From NCBI GenBank assembly GCA_030611415.1, contig JAUWPW010000002.1, positions 19,761 to 83,760 of the forward strand: 64,000 nucleotides of DNA, written 5' to 3'. The DNA is from Candidatus Bipolaricaulota bacterium. GTDB taxonomy: Bacteria; Bipolaricaulota; Bipolaricaulia; UBA7950; UBA9294. This document shows positions 29,333 through 39,849 of this stretch, one piece after another (the first letter of the stretch is position 1; each line of letters begins with the position of its first letter). A program made the position numbers and the translations under genes. A model generated the notes under the pieces. That model was not told where the DNA came from. It saw only the letters and a list, made by a program, of their open reading frames with translations, and did not search any database.

Positions 29333-30907
29333 ATGAAAGGAAAGATTGTTGTTGTTGTTGGTTTGGTGATTTTGAGTATCGGTTTGGTCGCATGGGGCGG
29401 AGGTCCTTTGCGAGCTACTTTTGCTTGGCCAACTTACATTGACCCAGCAGTAGGATCTGACTTCTCCAGTTCCTCATCGCTCGTTAATCTGTACGACTCC
29501 CTTGTCTACCCGGATGCAAAAGGGGATCCTCTGCCACATGTAGCCACTGCGTGGGAAACGTCCGATGATACACTGATCTGGACTTTCCATCTGCGTGACG
29601 ACGTTACGTTCCACGACGGAACTCCTCTCACGGCGGAGGATGTAAAGTACTCCATGGACCGTCTGACGACGATCGGGGAGGGATACGCGTTCCTGTTCTT
29701 GGGACGATTGGCAAGCACGGATGTGATTGATGATTACACTGTGCAGTTCAATCTAGCTCAACCGTTTGGACCTTTCCTCTCCACACTTTACCGATTGTAC
29801 ATCCTGAACAAGGATGTTGTGGAGGCTAATATCGAGACGCCTGGCCCCTATGGAGATAAGGGCGACTATGGAAAGGGATATCTCCTTGTCAACGATGCTG
29901 GCAGTGGCCCGTACGTGTTGAAGGAGTTCAGGCTCGAAGAAGAGCTGGTGATGACGAAGAATCCGAACTACTGGATTCCCATTGACGTCGACGCACCTGA
30001 CGAAGTCCGGTTCATAGGAACGACCGAGGCAGCGACGGTCCGTACGATGATGTCGCGCAAGGAACTGGAGATCGCCGATCAGTGGCAGTCTCAAGAAGCA
30101 CTGGTCGCTTTGGATGCGATGGAAGGTGTGGATATCGCTGCATTCTCACCGGGGACCGCGTTTTACCTGATGATGAATACGCGTATTCCACCCACAGACG
30201 ATATCCATTTCCGCAAGGCAATGGCCTGGGCGACCGACTACGCGACGGTGGTGGAGTACATCTTCCCAGGTGCGTTCCAAGCCTGCGGTCCCATTCCTCA
30301 GAACATTCCTGGGGCAGATCCGACCGTCTTCCAGTACTATCGAGACCTCGATAAGGCGCGCGAGGAGCTTGCACTCTCCAAGTACTCTGCTGATGAGTAC
30401 GAGATTGAGTTCCACTGGATTGCCGAAGTCCCGGACGAGGAGAAGGTCGCGCTCTCCTTCATGTCCAACATGGCCGATATCGGGATCAACATAAAGGTCG
30501 TCAAGGTTCCGTGGATGTCGGTTGTCGAGGAGATGGGGGCAGTTGAAACCAGCCCGCACATCGTCTCGATCTTCGATTCATCTCACTACCCTGAGGCGGG
30601 CTCCCTGCTTGAATCGCGCTACCACTCAAACTCGGCTCCTACATGGGAGCAGAACGAGTGGCTGCTCGACACTGGACTTGATGCCATGCTTGAGTCGGCG
30701 ATAAACACGGTCGACTGCGCAGAGCGATTCGCGAAGTACGCAGGATTACAGCACATGATCACCGCTCTGTGTCCGACCATCTTCCTCTTTGAGCAGGTGG
30801 AGAAGCATGCCTATCAGTCGGCTTATATAGATTGGCCGACGGCGGCTGGCGAGGTGAACCCAGTGATGGGCTACAACCTGGCGGCTCGCTTCATCAAGGT
30901 GGATTAG
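29333..30907 (+). CDS. ABC transporter substrate-binding protein, family 5 (peptide/opine/nickel type)
   Basis: Signal peptide plus SBP_bac_5 fold; TAAGGAGG SD. Confidence 0.85.
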   Translation: MKGKIVVVVGLVILSIGLVAWGGGPLRATFAWPTYIDPAVGSDFSSSSSLVNLYDSLVYPDAKGDPLPHVATAWETSDDTLIWTFHLRDDVTFHDGTPLTAEDVKYSMDRLTTIGEGYAFLFLGRLASTDVIDDYTVQFNLAQPFGPFLSTLYRLYILNKDVVEANIETPGPYGDKGDYGKGYLLVNDAGSGPYVLKEFRLEEELVMTKNPNYWIPIDVDAPDEVRFIGTTEAATVRTMMSRKELEIADQWQSQEALVALDAMEGVDIAAFSPGTAFYLMMNTRIPPTDDIHFRKAMAWATDYATVVEYIFPGAFQACGPIPQNIPGADPTVFQYYRDLDKAREELALSKYSADEYEIEFHWIAEVPDEEKVALSFMSNMADIGINIKVVKVPWMSVVEEMGAVETSPHIVSIFDSSHYPEAGSLLESRYHSNSAPTWEQNEWLLDTGLDAMLESAINTVDCAERFAKYAGLQHMITALCPTIFLFEQVEKHAYQSAYIDWPTAAGEVNPVMGYNLAARFIKVD

Positions 30908-31016
30908 TCGCAAAATAAGCAGATCCCTCTTATCGGGGATTCATGCGCCAATGGGTGGGAAAGGTTTATCTCTTTCCCACCCCTCCTTGGGACCCACAAG
31001 AGAAGGACGGCAATTG

Positions 31017-32045
31017 ATGAGTATGTTGAAGTTCTTGGGTAAACGGTTGGCGTTATCGCTCTTCGTCCTGTTTGGACTCTCTATCCTGATCTTTACAATC
31101 TCGCGGATCTTGCCTGGCGATCCGGTTCGCATGGCCTTGGGATCGCGAGCCCCCCAGTGGGCTGTTGATAACCTTCGCGAGCAGATGCACCTGAACGACC
31201 CTCTCTACGCGCAATATTACTACTGGCTCACCGGCGCAGTGCGTGGCGACTTAGGTCAATCTCTGTTTACCCGGCGGGCGGTGATCGAGGATGTGAGGGA
31301 ATTTCTCCCTGCAACGATGGAACTCGCTCTGTCCGCTGGGGTGATCATGGCGGTCTTCGGGATCCTTCTCGGTGCAGTCTCCGGTCGCTACAGCAACACG
31401 TGGATCGACAACAGCGTTCGCATCTTCTCGTATATCGGGATCGTTACACCATCTTTTGTCTTTGCTATCCTGTTCTTGTTGTTGTTCGGCTATGTGCTGA
31501 ACGTGCTGCCGACCATGGGACGGCTTAGTCCATGGATAGCGCGCCCTCCCGTGATAACAGGAATGGTCTCCCTGGATGCCCTGCTGAGTGGCAACTTCGC
31601 TGCTTTTGGTGATGCTATTAGACACCTGATTCTCCCGGCGGTCAGCTTGGCATTGGGAGGAATGGCCCAGGAGGCACGGATCACCCGTTCCACGATCAGT
31701 GACAATCTGCGCAAGGACTACATCGCATCGGCAAAGGGATTTGGGGTCCCTGAGCGCTTGGTTATGTTCAAATACCTCCTCAAGCCGTCTTTGATCCCAA
31801 CCGTCTCCATTCTGGGGTTAGATTTTGCCTCCCTCATCGGAAACGCTTTCTTAGTGGAACTCATATTCAACTGGCCCGGTTTTTCACGGTATGGGATCCA
31901 CGCCATGTTGAACAAGGATCTGAATGCCGTTTCCGCCGTGGTGATGGTCCTAGGAGTGATCTTTATCATCGTCAACATCCTCGTTGACTTGATAGTGGCA
32001 TGGCTTGATCCACGTATCCGGCTGGGCGCCGAAAGGGGCAAATAA
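31017..32045 (+). CDS. ABC transporter permease (DppB/OppB-like)
   Basis: MSMLKFLGKRLALSLFVLFGLSILIFTISRILPGDP N-terminus; the ORF-track start 30951 is rejected. Confidence 0.85.
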   Translation: MSMLKFLGKRLALSLFVLFGLSILIFTISRILPGDPVRMALGSRAPQWAVDNLREQMHLNDPLYAQYYYWLTGAVRGDLGQSLFTRRAVIEDVREFLPATMELALSAGVIMAVFGILLGAVSGRYSNTWIDNSVRIFSYIGIVTPSFVFAILFLLLFGYVLNVLPTMGRLSPWIARPPVITGMVSLDALLSGNFAAFGDAIRHLILPAVSLALGGMAQEARITRSTISDNLRKDYIASAKGFGVPERLVMFKYLLKPSLIPTVSILGLDFASLIGNAFLVELIFNWPGFSRYGIHAMLNKDLNAVSAVVMVLGVIFIIVNILVDLIVAWLDPRIRLGAERGK

Positions 32046-32047
32046 AC

Positions 32048-32932
32048 ATGAACTACTCGCGGAATACTTTGCTGAAACGTCGTGCGGAGGGGTTCAAGAA
32101 GGGTTGGTATAAATTCTCTCGAAATCCTGTCTCCGTACTGGGATTATTCTTCGTATTGACGGTCTCGTTTCTTGCGATCTTTGCCCCTTACGTGTCGCCG
32201 TACCCAACACACGCTAGCCGGTTCGTCAATTTTGCCGAGGCTGGTCAGCCCCCGAGCTTGAAACACCTGTTTGGAACGGATGTATTTGGGCGGGATATCC
32301 TGTCACGAGTCTTCTTTGGCTTCCGCTATTCGTTGATGATGGGGGTCGTCGTTCTGTCGCTTGTAGTTATTCCAGGAGTTGTATTAGGGTTGGTTGCCGG
32401 GTACTACCGTGGGACGTGGATCGATACAGTGATCATGCGGACTACCGATATCTTCCTTGCCGTTCCGCCACTTATCCTGGCTTTGGCCATCTGTTCGGTC
32501 CTTACCCCAAGCGTTTTCAACGCGATGATGGCCGTATCTTTGATGTGGTGGCCGTGGTATACCCGACTGGTCTACGGTCTTTCCTCGTCGTTGCGTACCG
32601 AGTTCTTCGTGCAGGCGGCCGAGGTTACCGGAGCGAGCCGTTCTCACATCCTATTCCGCGAGATCCTTCCCAACTGTGTCTCCAGTATCTTCACCAAGAT
32701 GAGCTTGGATATGGGGTGGGTGATCCTTATCGGTTCGGCTCTGAGTTTTGTTGGGTTGGGGGCTCAGCCTCCGATCCCGGACCTGGGCACTATGGTGGCC
32801 GATGGGGCCAAATACCTACCGGATCAGTGGTGGATTACGATCTTCCCTGCCTTCGCGATCATGATCACGGTCCTTGGCTTCAATCTGATTGGCGACGGGT
32901 TCCGCGATTTGTTCGCGCTTGAGGAGGTCTAG
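32048..32932 (+). CDS. ABC transporter permease (DppC/OppC-like)
   Basis: 294 aa BPD_transp_1 permease, 2 nt after the previous gene. Confidence 0.85.
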   Translation: MNYSRNTLLKRRAEGFKKGWYKFSRNPVSVLGLFFVLTVSFLAIFAPYVSPYPTHASRFVNFAEAGQPPSLKHLFGTDVFGRDILSRVFFGFRYSLMMGVVVLSLVVIPGVVLGLVAGYYRGTWIDTVIMRTTDIFLAVPPLILALAICSVLTPSVFNAMMAVSLMWWPWYTRLVYGLSSSLRTEFFVQAAEVTGASRSHILFREILPNCVSSIFTKMSLDMGWVILIGSALSFVGLGAQPPIPDLGTMVADGAKYLPDQWWITIFPAFAIMITVLGFNLIGDGFRDLFALEEV

Positions 32933-32933
32933 G

Positions 32934-33920
32934 ATGGGAGAAACTTTGCTGGAGATCGGGAACCTGCACGTCGAGTTCAAGGTCTACGAGGGACGTCTCC
33001 GAGTCCTGAACGGCGTCAACCTGTCGGTTCAAGTTGGAGAAAGGGTGGGTTTGGTCGGGGAGGCGGGTTGTGGGAAGACGACCACAATGAAGTGTGTGCT
33101 TAAGATCCTTACCTCTCCTCCAGGAAAGATCACGGAAGGGAAGATTCTACTTCACGATAAGGATGTCTTGACCATGGGATCACAGGAGATGCAGCGAGTT
33201 CGCGGACACGGGATCTCCATGATCTTCCAGGATCCGACCGCTGCGTTGAATCCCGTGTTCACCGTGGGTGATCAGTTGATGTCGGTCATTAAGTACGGAT
33301 CCAAGGGGTCCCTCTCGAAAAAGGAGATCAAAAAGCGGGCGATCGGAACGCTACGGGAGGTACGGCTCCCCGATCCGGAGCGAATATTCACCAACTATCC
33401 CGTGCAACTCTCCGGGGGGATGCGGCAGCGGGTCTGCATCGCGATGGCGCTTTCCACCGAACCAGAGCTGCTGCTCGCAGATGAACCAACTACCTCGCTC
33501 GATGTAACGATCCAGGATCAAGTCCTCCGTTTGTTGAATGAGCTTGTTGAGAGGCATGGAACTTCTGTTATCTTCATCACCCACAGTTTGGGGGTAGTGC
33601 GCGAGATGGCCGACCGTGTCTACGTAATGTACGCGGGAAACATCATCGAAGGGGCGCGTAAGGAGGAACTATTCGCCAACTGGTTGCATCCATATACCCT
33701 TGGTCTGATGAACGCCCTCCCCAAGCTAACCGGTGGCGGGATTGCAGAAGGAATCCCAGGGAGGATCCCGGAGTACCTCGATCCACCGTCCGGCTGTCGG
33801 TTCCATCCGCGTTGCCCACGGGCAATGCAGCAATGCAGTCAGTCAATCCCACCTGTTGTGCACGCAGCTGACGATCACGATGTAGCTTGTTTCCTGTACC
33901 GAGGTGAGACCGATGAATAG
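32934..33920 (+). CDS. ABC transporter ATP-binding protein (DppD/OppD-like, with oligopeptide C-terminal domain)
   Basis: GEAGCGKTT Walker A, LSGGMRQRVCIAMAL signature. Confidence 0.85.
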   Translation: MGETLLEIGNLHVEFKVYEGRLRVLNGVNLSVQVGERVGLVGEAGCGKTTTMKCVLKILTSPPGKITEGKILLHDKDVLTMGSQEMQRVRGHGISMIFQDPTAALNPVFTVGDQLMSVIKYGSKGSLSKKEIKKRAIGTLREVRLPDPERIFTNYPVQLSGGMRQRVCIAMALSTEPELLLADEPTTSLDVTIQDQVLRLLNELVERHGTSVIFITHSLGVVREMADRVYVMYAGNIIEGARKEELFANWLHPYTLGLMNALPKLTGGGIAEGIPGRIPEYLDPPSGCRFHPRCPRAMQQCSQSIPPVVHAADDHDVACFLYRGETDE

Positions 33921-34911
33921 CAAGATCCTTGAGGTCGAAAAGCTGCGCAAGTTCTTCATCACCTCTCGCGGAACGGTGCGTGCGGTCGATGAGGTCTCGT
34001 TCTCCGTGGAGGAAGGGGAGACGTTGGGACTGGTTGGGGAATCGGGCTCGGGTAAGAGTACGGTTGCGTACACCGTGGTCGGGCTCCACTCGCCAACTTC
34101 AGGACAGATCCGATTCAAGGGAGAGGATATCTCGCGGCCGGTATCGAAACGCCCCAAAGCACTGAAACAATCGATCCAGATCGTCTTTCAGGATCCAGGA
34201 ACATCGCTCAATTCACGGCGAACGATCCAACAGATCCTTGAGCTCCCGCTCAAGGTGCACCACTTGGGAAACTCACGCGACCGCAAGGAACGTGTAGTGG
34301 AGCTCTTGGAGCGCGTAGAGCTCCCGCCAGACTACATGTACAAGTCCCCAAACATGTTGGGCGGCGGAGAACGGCAGATGGTAGCGATCGCCCGCGCACT
34401 GGCGACAAACCCGAAGTTGGTTATTCTCGACGAACCAACTTCCGCATTGGATGTATCCATTCAGGCAAAGATCATCAACATGCTGCTCCGGTTTCAGGAA
34501 GAGATGAAACTCTCCTATCTCTTTATCACACATGATTTGAGCTTGATGAGGAATGTCTCTACACGGGTCGCCATCATGTACTTGGGAAAGATTTGTGAGG
34601 TGGCCCCAACGATGAAGTTCTTCTCAAATCCGTTTCATCCATATACAAAGATGCTCCTCTCCTCTATTCCTGTTGTGCTGCCAGAGGAAGAGGCGGTGAA
34701 GCCGGCGAAGATCACTTCGGAAGGGGAGATCCCCAGCCCGGTGAATGTCCCGCCCGGTTGCGGATTTCACACACGCTGCAGGGAGGTAAATGGGATCTGT
34801 TCACAGAAGATTCCTGAGATGATGGAGGTGGAACCTGGGCACTTTGTCTGGTGCCACCTGTTTCCCGTGGTCACGACCCCGACAAACTTAGAAAAAGGAG
34901 TGAGCGTATGA
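33913..34911 (+). CDS. ABC transporter ATP-binding protein (DppF/OppF-like)
   Basis: GESGSGKST Walker A, LGGGERQMVAIARAL signature; overlaps the previous gene by 8 nt. Confidence 0.85.
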   Translation: MNSKILEVEKLRKFFITSRGTVRAVDEVSFSVEEGETLGLVGESGSGKSTVAYTVVGLHSPTSGQIRFKGEDISRPVSKRPKALKQSIQIVFQDPGTSLNSRRTIQQILELPLKVHHLGNSRDRKERVVELLERVELPPDYMYKSPNMLGGGERQMVAIARALATNPKLVILDEPTSALDVSIQAKIINMLLRFQEEMKLSYLFITHDLSLMRNVSTRVAIMYLGKICEVAPTMKFFSNPFHPYTKMLLSSIPVVLPEEEAVKPAKITSEGEIPSPVNVPPGCGFHTRCREVNGICSQKIPEMMEVEPGHFVWCHLFPVVTTPTNLEKGVSV

Positions 34912-35678
34912 GCAAGATACTGTGGATCGATCCGGTGGGAACTGATCTTTTCGATCAGCCGATCAAGGAGTTCTTGGAGACGGCGAAGGGCCCGGAGACA
35001 AAGCTTGATGTTGTCTCTCTCGCGCGAGGACCGATGCACCTTGAGTATCATTACTACGAGGCTTTGATCCTAACCGATACGCTACATGCCGTGCGGAAGG
35101 CTGAGCTCGACGGATACGACGCTGCTGTAATCGGCTGCTTCTACGACCCCGGACTTCGCGAAGCCCGCGAGCTCAGCGAGCGACTTGTCGTGACCGCGCC
35201 GGCTGAGGCAGCGATGCACATCGCCACAACCCTGGGTCATACCTTCTCCATCCTCGTCGGGCGGAAGAAGTGGATCCCCAAGATGCATGAAAACGTAGTG
35301 AAGTACGGCTTCACCGATCAGCTTGCCTCGTTCAAATCGCTTGGAATGGGGGTCTACGAGTTCCAGAAGGATCCTGCGGAGACTGCACGCCGGATGCGTG
35401 CGGCGGCGAGGGAAGCGGTGGAGGTTGATGGAGCAGAGGTGATCATCCTTGGATGCACCATCGAGTTCGGCTTCTACAAGGAACTACAGGAAGAGTTAGG
35501 GGTTCCTGTTATCGATGCCGTTCTCGCACCGCTCAAGTTCGCGGAGTTCCTGACGGGGCTGAAGGATCAATTCAATTGGACACACAGCAAGATCTACGGG
35601 TATCAATCCCCTCCACGAGAGGAGATCGTTGAGTGGAAGCTGGAAGAACAGTACGGAACCTCGGGGTTGTGGGGGTAG
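34908..35678 (+). CDS. Asp/Glu/hydantoin racemase-family protein (hydantoin racemase HyuE-like)
   Basis: About 256 aa; two conserved Cys motifs (VIGCFYDPG and IILGCTIEFG) like the catalytic Cys pair of hydantoin racemases. ATGA overlap with the ATPase gene. Confidence 0.7.
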   Translation: MSKILWIDPVGTDLFDQPIKEFLETAKGPETKLDVVSLARGPMHLEYHYYEALILTDTLHAVRKAELDGYDAAVIGCFYDPGLREARELSERLVVTAPAEAAMHIATTLGHTFSILVGRKKWIPKMHENVVKYGFTDQLASFKSLGMGVYEFQKDPAETARRMRAAAREAVEVDGAEVIILGCTIEFGFYKELQEELGVPVIDAVLAPLKFAEFLTGLKDQFNWTHSKIYGYQSPPREEIVEWKLEEQYGTSGLWG

Positions 35679-35683
35679 GGAAT

Positions 35684-37285
35684 ATGGAGACGAAGAGAGA
35701 GTTGCGCGTTGGATTCGATGTTGGAGGGACCTTCACTGATGGGGTGCTCATGTGTGGGCGGGAGGTGTTGGCCAAGGCGAAATCACTGACGACCCCGGAC
35801 GTAACCGGAGGGATCGTTGAGGCCCTTGAGGCGGTGATGACAAAATCCGGGGCCAATCCGGCAGAAGTAGCCATGGTCTCGTTGGGTACTACCCATACGA
35901 CGAACGCCCTTATTGAGCGGAGGAACCTGAATCAGGTGGGGATCTTCCGGTTGGGAGCTCCAGCGACAACGGCCATCCCTCCGTTGACCGGCTGGCCGGA
36001 GAGCCTAAAGGAGGCGATCGGCGGACACGAACTCGTGCATATCATCCGCGGTGGATCGGAGTATGACGGGCGCGACATCGTTCCGCTCGACAAGAAAGCG
36101 ATCGAGGACGCCTGCAAATCGATGAAGGGAAAGGTCGATTCGGTGTCAATTACCGGGGTCTTCTCCCCGATCATCAACGACCACGAGGAGCAATCAGCGG
36201 AGATTGTGCGCAATGTGCTCGGGGAAGATATTCCCATTACGCTCTCCCACCGCATTGCCACCATCTCACTCCTGGAACGGGAGAACTCGACCATCCTCAA
36301 CGCTTCCGTCATTACGGTGATGCGGCGCGCGGTCAACTCCTTGAAAGCTGCTGTGCGCAAGCGAGGGATCGATGCTCCTCTATTCATCGTGCAGAACGAC
36401 GGAAGCGTGATGTCTGCCGACTACGCTATCGACTACCCGATATTCACCGTTGCTTCCGGGCCGGCGGCGAGCGTCCGCGGGTCGGTATACCTTTCGGGAA
36501 TCGAGGACGGGGTGGTGGTCGATATCGGAGGGACATCAACCGATGTAGCCTACATCGTCAAGGGGTTCCCACGGGAGTCGTCGATCACGGTGAACATCGG
36601 TGGGGTCAAGACGAACATCCGCTGCCCCGACCTGCTGTCCATTGCTCTTGGCGGCGGGACGATCGTTAAACACAAGGATGATGATGTAATCGAACTCGGA
36701 CCGGAGAGCGTCGGCTACAACCTAGTTCGACTAGGTAAGTCGTTCGGCGGGCCGCTGCTAACCGTGCATGACACAGCAGTCGCGTTGGGCAAGCTACAAC
36801 AGAAGCTCGATGTTTTTAAGACCGATTACGTCACCCACCCCGAGAAGATCAACGCTGTGCCGAAGGCGTTAATCAAGAACGCATGGGTTGCGATCAAGAC
36901 TACGATTGAGGAGGTCATCGACAAGATGAAGACGACACCCGAACCGGTCCCCGCCATCTTTATCGGTGGTGGAGCGTTGGTTGTCCCTAGGGAGAAGATC
37001 ATCGGTGTCAGTGAGGTCCTCATGCCAGATCACTTTGAAGTGGGAGGCGCCGTGGGAACAACGATTGCTGAGATCGGAGCCTATGCGGAAGGAGTCGTCG
37101 ATCTTGATATTGAAGACCGCGCCGAGGCAATCGTCGAGGTAACTGAACGCGCCAAGGATAACGCCGAGGCAGCCGGGGCGATTCGTAACACCGTAGAGGT
37201 GATTGACGTAGAAGAGATTCCCTTTACGTACATGCCTGGGAAGCGCGAGAAGATCCGGATTAGGGTGAAAGGGCAGGTGCTCTAA
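35684..37285 (+). CDS. hydantoinase/oxoprolinase-family protein, HyuA-like but about 150 aa shorter
   Basis: ELRVGFDVGGTFTDGVL N-terminus and Hydantoinase_A-type middle domain. Start is ATG 35684 or GTG 35633. Confidence 0.7.
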   Translation: METKRELRVGFDVGGTFTDGVLMCGREVLAKAKSLTTPDVTGGIVEALEAVMTKSGANPAEVAMVSLGTTHTTNALIERRNLNQVGIFRLGAPATTAIPPLTGWPESLKEAIGGHELVHIIRGGSEYDGRDIVPLDKKAIEDACKSMKGKVDSVSITGVFSPIINDHEEQSAEIVRNVLGEDIPITLSHRIATISLLERENSTILNASVITVMRRAVNSLKAAVRKRGIDAPLFIVQNDGSVMSADYAIDYPIFTVASGPAASVRGSVYLSGIEDGVVVDIGGTSTDVAYIVKGFPRESSITVNIGGVKTNIRCPDLLSIALGGGTIVKHKDDDVIELGPESVGYNLVRLGKSFGGPLLTVHDTAVALGKLQQKLDVFKTDYVTHPEKINAVPKALIKNAWVAIKTTIEEVIDKMKTTPEPVPAIFIGGGALVVPREKIIGVSEVLMPDHFEVGGAVGTTIAEIGAYAEGVVDLDIEDRAEAIVEVTERAKDNAEAAGAIRNTVEVIDVEEIPFTYMPGKREKIRIRVKGQVL

Positions 37286-38463
37286 TGAGCAATCCGCGAT
37301 CAAACGCACGTGCCATCCTTGAGAAGTGGGGGATCAAGAACTTCCGCGTTATCGATAAGGAGGCAATCAGCGAGATCACGCTGGGAGCCTCCATCCTCGC
37401 TACAGGTGGCGGAGGAGATCCGGAGATCGGTCTCCTATGGACCTACAAGGTGATCGATGAGGGGAAGGAGATCCTCATGGTCGATCCAATAGATGTTCCC
37501 GATGGTATCCAAACAGCGAGCACGGCCTGCCTGGGAGCGGCGATTGTCCTCACGGAGAAGCCGCCGAGTGGAGAGGTGTTAAACCTGGCGATGGGGCGCC
37601 TCGAACAGTACCTGGGAAGACCGATCCAGGCGACGATCCCACTCGAATGTGGAGGGGTCAACTCTCCTGTCGCCTACGCTGCTGCCGGAGAACTTGGTGT
37701 TCCCGTAATCGATGTTGATGGGATGAATCGCGCCTTCCCCGAACTACAAATGACATCGTGGGTGACACATGGTGTACACTCCTCTCCCACTGTCTCGGTG
37801 GATAACAGGAAGAACGTTACCGTGATCGATACCGGAGACGATGATGTGTTAGCGGAGACACTCGCCCGTCGGGTAGCGATGGCCTATGGTGGTATCTCGT
37901 GGATCGCCACCTACCCTCTGACTGGGAAGCAGGTGAAAGAGACCTCCATCCTCTACTCGCAGAGCATTGCCTGGGCGGTGGGACGTGCAGTTATGCGTGC
38001 CCGCAGGGAACACCTGGATCCGATTGGGGAGCTTCTGAAGAGCCTGAAGAAGGAGCGAAACGTGGAAGGGTTCCGCGTGTTTAGCGGAAAGATTGTGGAT
38101 ATCAACCGCGACTTCGGTTCGGAGACAAATAAGGGATTTACATTAGGATCGGTTACTGTAGATGGTATCGATACGTACAAGGGTCAGACAGCTACCCTCG
38201 ATTTTCAGAACGAGTGGCTAAACCTGCGCATCGATGGGAAGGTTCTCTGTTTGCCACCGGACCTTATCGCAATCCTCGACTCAGAGACCGGAGAACCGAT
38301 CCGCACCGACATCATGAAGTACGGCTATCGGGGAACCATTGTCCTCATCCCGGCGCACGAGCGGATGAGAACAGCAAAAGGGATCGAGATGTTCGGTCCG
38401 CGTCACTTCGGCTACGACCTGGATTATGTCCCTGTAGAAGAGCTTAACAGTGACAGGAGGTGA
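37285..38463 (+). CDS. DUF917-family protein, copy 1
   Basis: ASILATGGGGDPEIGLLW and PLECGGVN...GVPVIDVDGMNRAFPELQMT motifs as I recall for DUF917; TAATG overlap with the HyuA-like gene. Confidence 0.7.
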   Translation: MSNPRSNARAILEKWGIKNFRVIDKEAISEITLGASILATGGGGDPEIGLLWTYKVIDEGKEILMVDPIDVPDGIQTASTACLGAAIVLTEKPPSGEVLNLAMGRLEQYLGRPIQATIPLECGGVNSPVAYAAAGELGVPVIDVDGMNRAFPELQMTSWVTHGVHSSPTVSVDNRKNVTVIDTGDDDVLAETLARRVAMAYGGISWIATYPLTGKQVKETSILYSQSIAWAVGRAVMRARREHLDPIGELLKSLKKERNVEGFRVFSGKIVDINRDFGSETNKGFTLGSVTVDGIDTYKGQTATLDFQNEWLNLRIDGKVLCLPPDLIAILDSETGEPIRTDIMKYGYRGTIVLIPAHERMRTAKGIEMFGPRHFGYDLDYVPVEELNSDRR

Positions 38464-38472
38464 GAGAAAGAT

Positions 38473-38742
38473 ATGGATCTGAAAGCCATTATCGAATCTG
38501 ATGCAAGGTACCGCAACGTGCTTCAGGAGATTATCGATACCCCGTACATCGAACGGTCGACGTTGGAGGAGAAACTGAACCTCCCCCGAGCCGATCTAGA
38601 GTCGCTGTTGACGGTTCTTTCTGAGAAGATGTTGATCCTAGAGCTTGCTGGCCAGGCGGATTCAAGCGTTGAGTCACGTGTATTGAAAACAGTGTACCTG
38701 GTCAACCCTGAGGAAGAGAAGGGCATTCGTGAACACCTCTAA
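38473..38742 (+). CDS. small hypothetical protein (89 aa, acidic)
   Basis: AGGAGGTG SD about 11 nt upstream; overlaps the M24 start by 14 nt. Confidence 0.4.
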   Translation: MDLKAIIESDARYRNVLQEIIDTPYIERSTLEEKLNLPRADLESLLTVLSEKMLILELAGQADSSVESRVLKTVYLVNPEEEKGIREHL

Positions 38743-39847
38743 CTCTACGGAACACGCAAGGCGGCTTGACGCGCTGCTTGAACGGATGCGCGAGCATGAG
38801 TTGGGGCTCGTCCTTCTCTTCGATCGGGACAATATTCGCTACTTCACGGGTTTCCGGTTGAACCGGGTGGTCGCCTCCATCTTGGCGATCTCCCCTGAGG
38901 AAGGTCCGACTTACATCGTGGCGAAATTGGACCTAAACCGTGCGAAAAGGGATGGATGGATCGAGCGGGTCATCCCGTTTCCAGAGGACACCCCAAATTA
39001 CCTCGACGCTCTGCGTCCTCTGTTCGGCAATTCGGGCAAACGGATCGGCGTTGAAAAGGACTCGCTGACTCTGTCGCAGGCCGAGTATCTACGTGGTTTG
39101 AGTAGTGAGAAGAGTGAGTTCGTCGATGTGCGCGCTATCACATCCGAGTTGCGTGCAATCAAGTCTGATGAGGAGATCGCCTGCCTTCGGCGAGCGGCCG
39201 AGATTGCCAGTAATGTCATGGAACTGGTGCAGGGTGCTATTCGGCCGGGCGTTCGCGAGATCGAGCTCTCCTCCTGGACAGAGTACCTCATTGGACAGGA
39301 AGGCGCGGAAGGTGCCTCGTTTGAACCGTTCTTCATGTCGGGCGAGAACGCGTGGCTTCCGCAGCGAATCTCATCGCAGAAGGTGTTGGCTGAAGGGGAA
39401 CTGGCTCTGTTGGATATGGGCGCGATCTACGATGGTTATTGCTCAGATATCACACGGACTTTTGCCATTGGTGACATCTCACCGGAGCAAGAGCAAATCT
39501 TTCGGGTTGCACGAGAGGCGCAACAAGCGGGGATCGAAGCGATTCGTCCCGGTGTTCGTGCCTGTGATGTTGATGCCGCTGCACGAACTGTGATCGAGGA
39601 CGCTGGCTTCGGGGAGTACTTCCCGCACCTCACTGGGCATGGAATTGGGATCTCCTCGCATGAGATGCCGATTGCGGACCGCGGGGTAGAGACGATCCTC
39701 CAATCGAGTATGGTCCTGACCGTGGAACCGGGGATCTATCTTCCGGGGATAGGTGCAGCGCGCGTCGAGGACATGGTGGTCGTCACCCCACTCGGATGTG
39801 AGGTTCTGACCAGCGCTCCGCGTGGACTAACGGGGAAAAAGGAGTAA
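38729..39847 (+). CDS. M24-family Xaa-Pro peptidase/creatinase-fold hydrolase
   Basis: Creatinase_N-like N-domain (RLDALLERMREHELGLVLLFDRDNIRYFTGF) plus pita-bread metal-ligand region (D..D...H...E..E pattern). Confidence 0.8.
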   Translation: MNTSNSTEHARRLDALLERMREHELGLVLLFDRDNIRYFTGFRLNRVVASILAISPEEGPTYIVAKLDLNRAKRDGWIERVIPFPEDTPNYLDALRPLFGNSGKRIGVEKDSLTLSQAEYLRGLSSEKSEFVDVRAITSELRAIKSDEEIACLRRAAEIASNVMELVQGAIRPGVREIELSSWTEYLIGQEGAEGASFEPFFMSGENAWLPQRISSQKVLAEGELALLDMGAIYDGYCSDITRTFAIGDISPEQEQIFRVAREAQQAGIEAIRPGVRACDVDAAARTVIEDAGFGEYFPHLTGHGIGISSHEMPIADRGVETILQSSMVLTVEPGIYLPGIGAARVEDMVVVTPLGCEVLTSAPRGLTGKKE

Positions 39848-39849
39848 AA

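Noticed and set aside
30951-31016. Upstream extension of the first ABC permease
   Set aside because: Permease homology and hydrophobic N-terminus begin at MSMLKFLG (31017).
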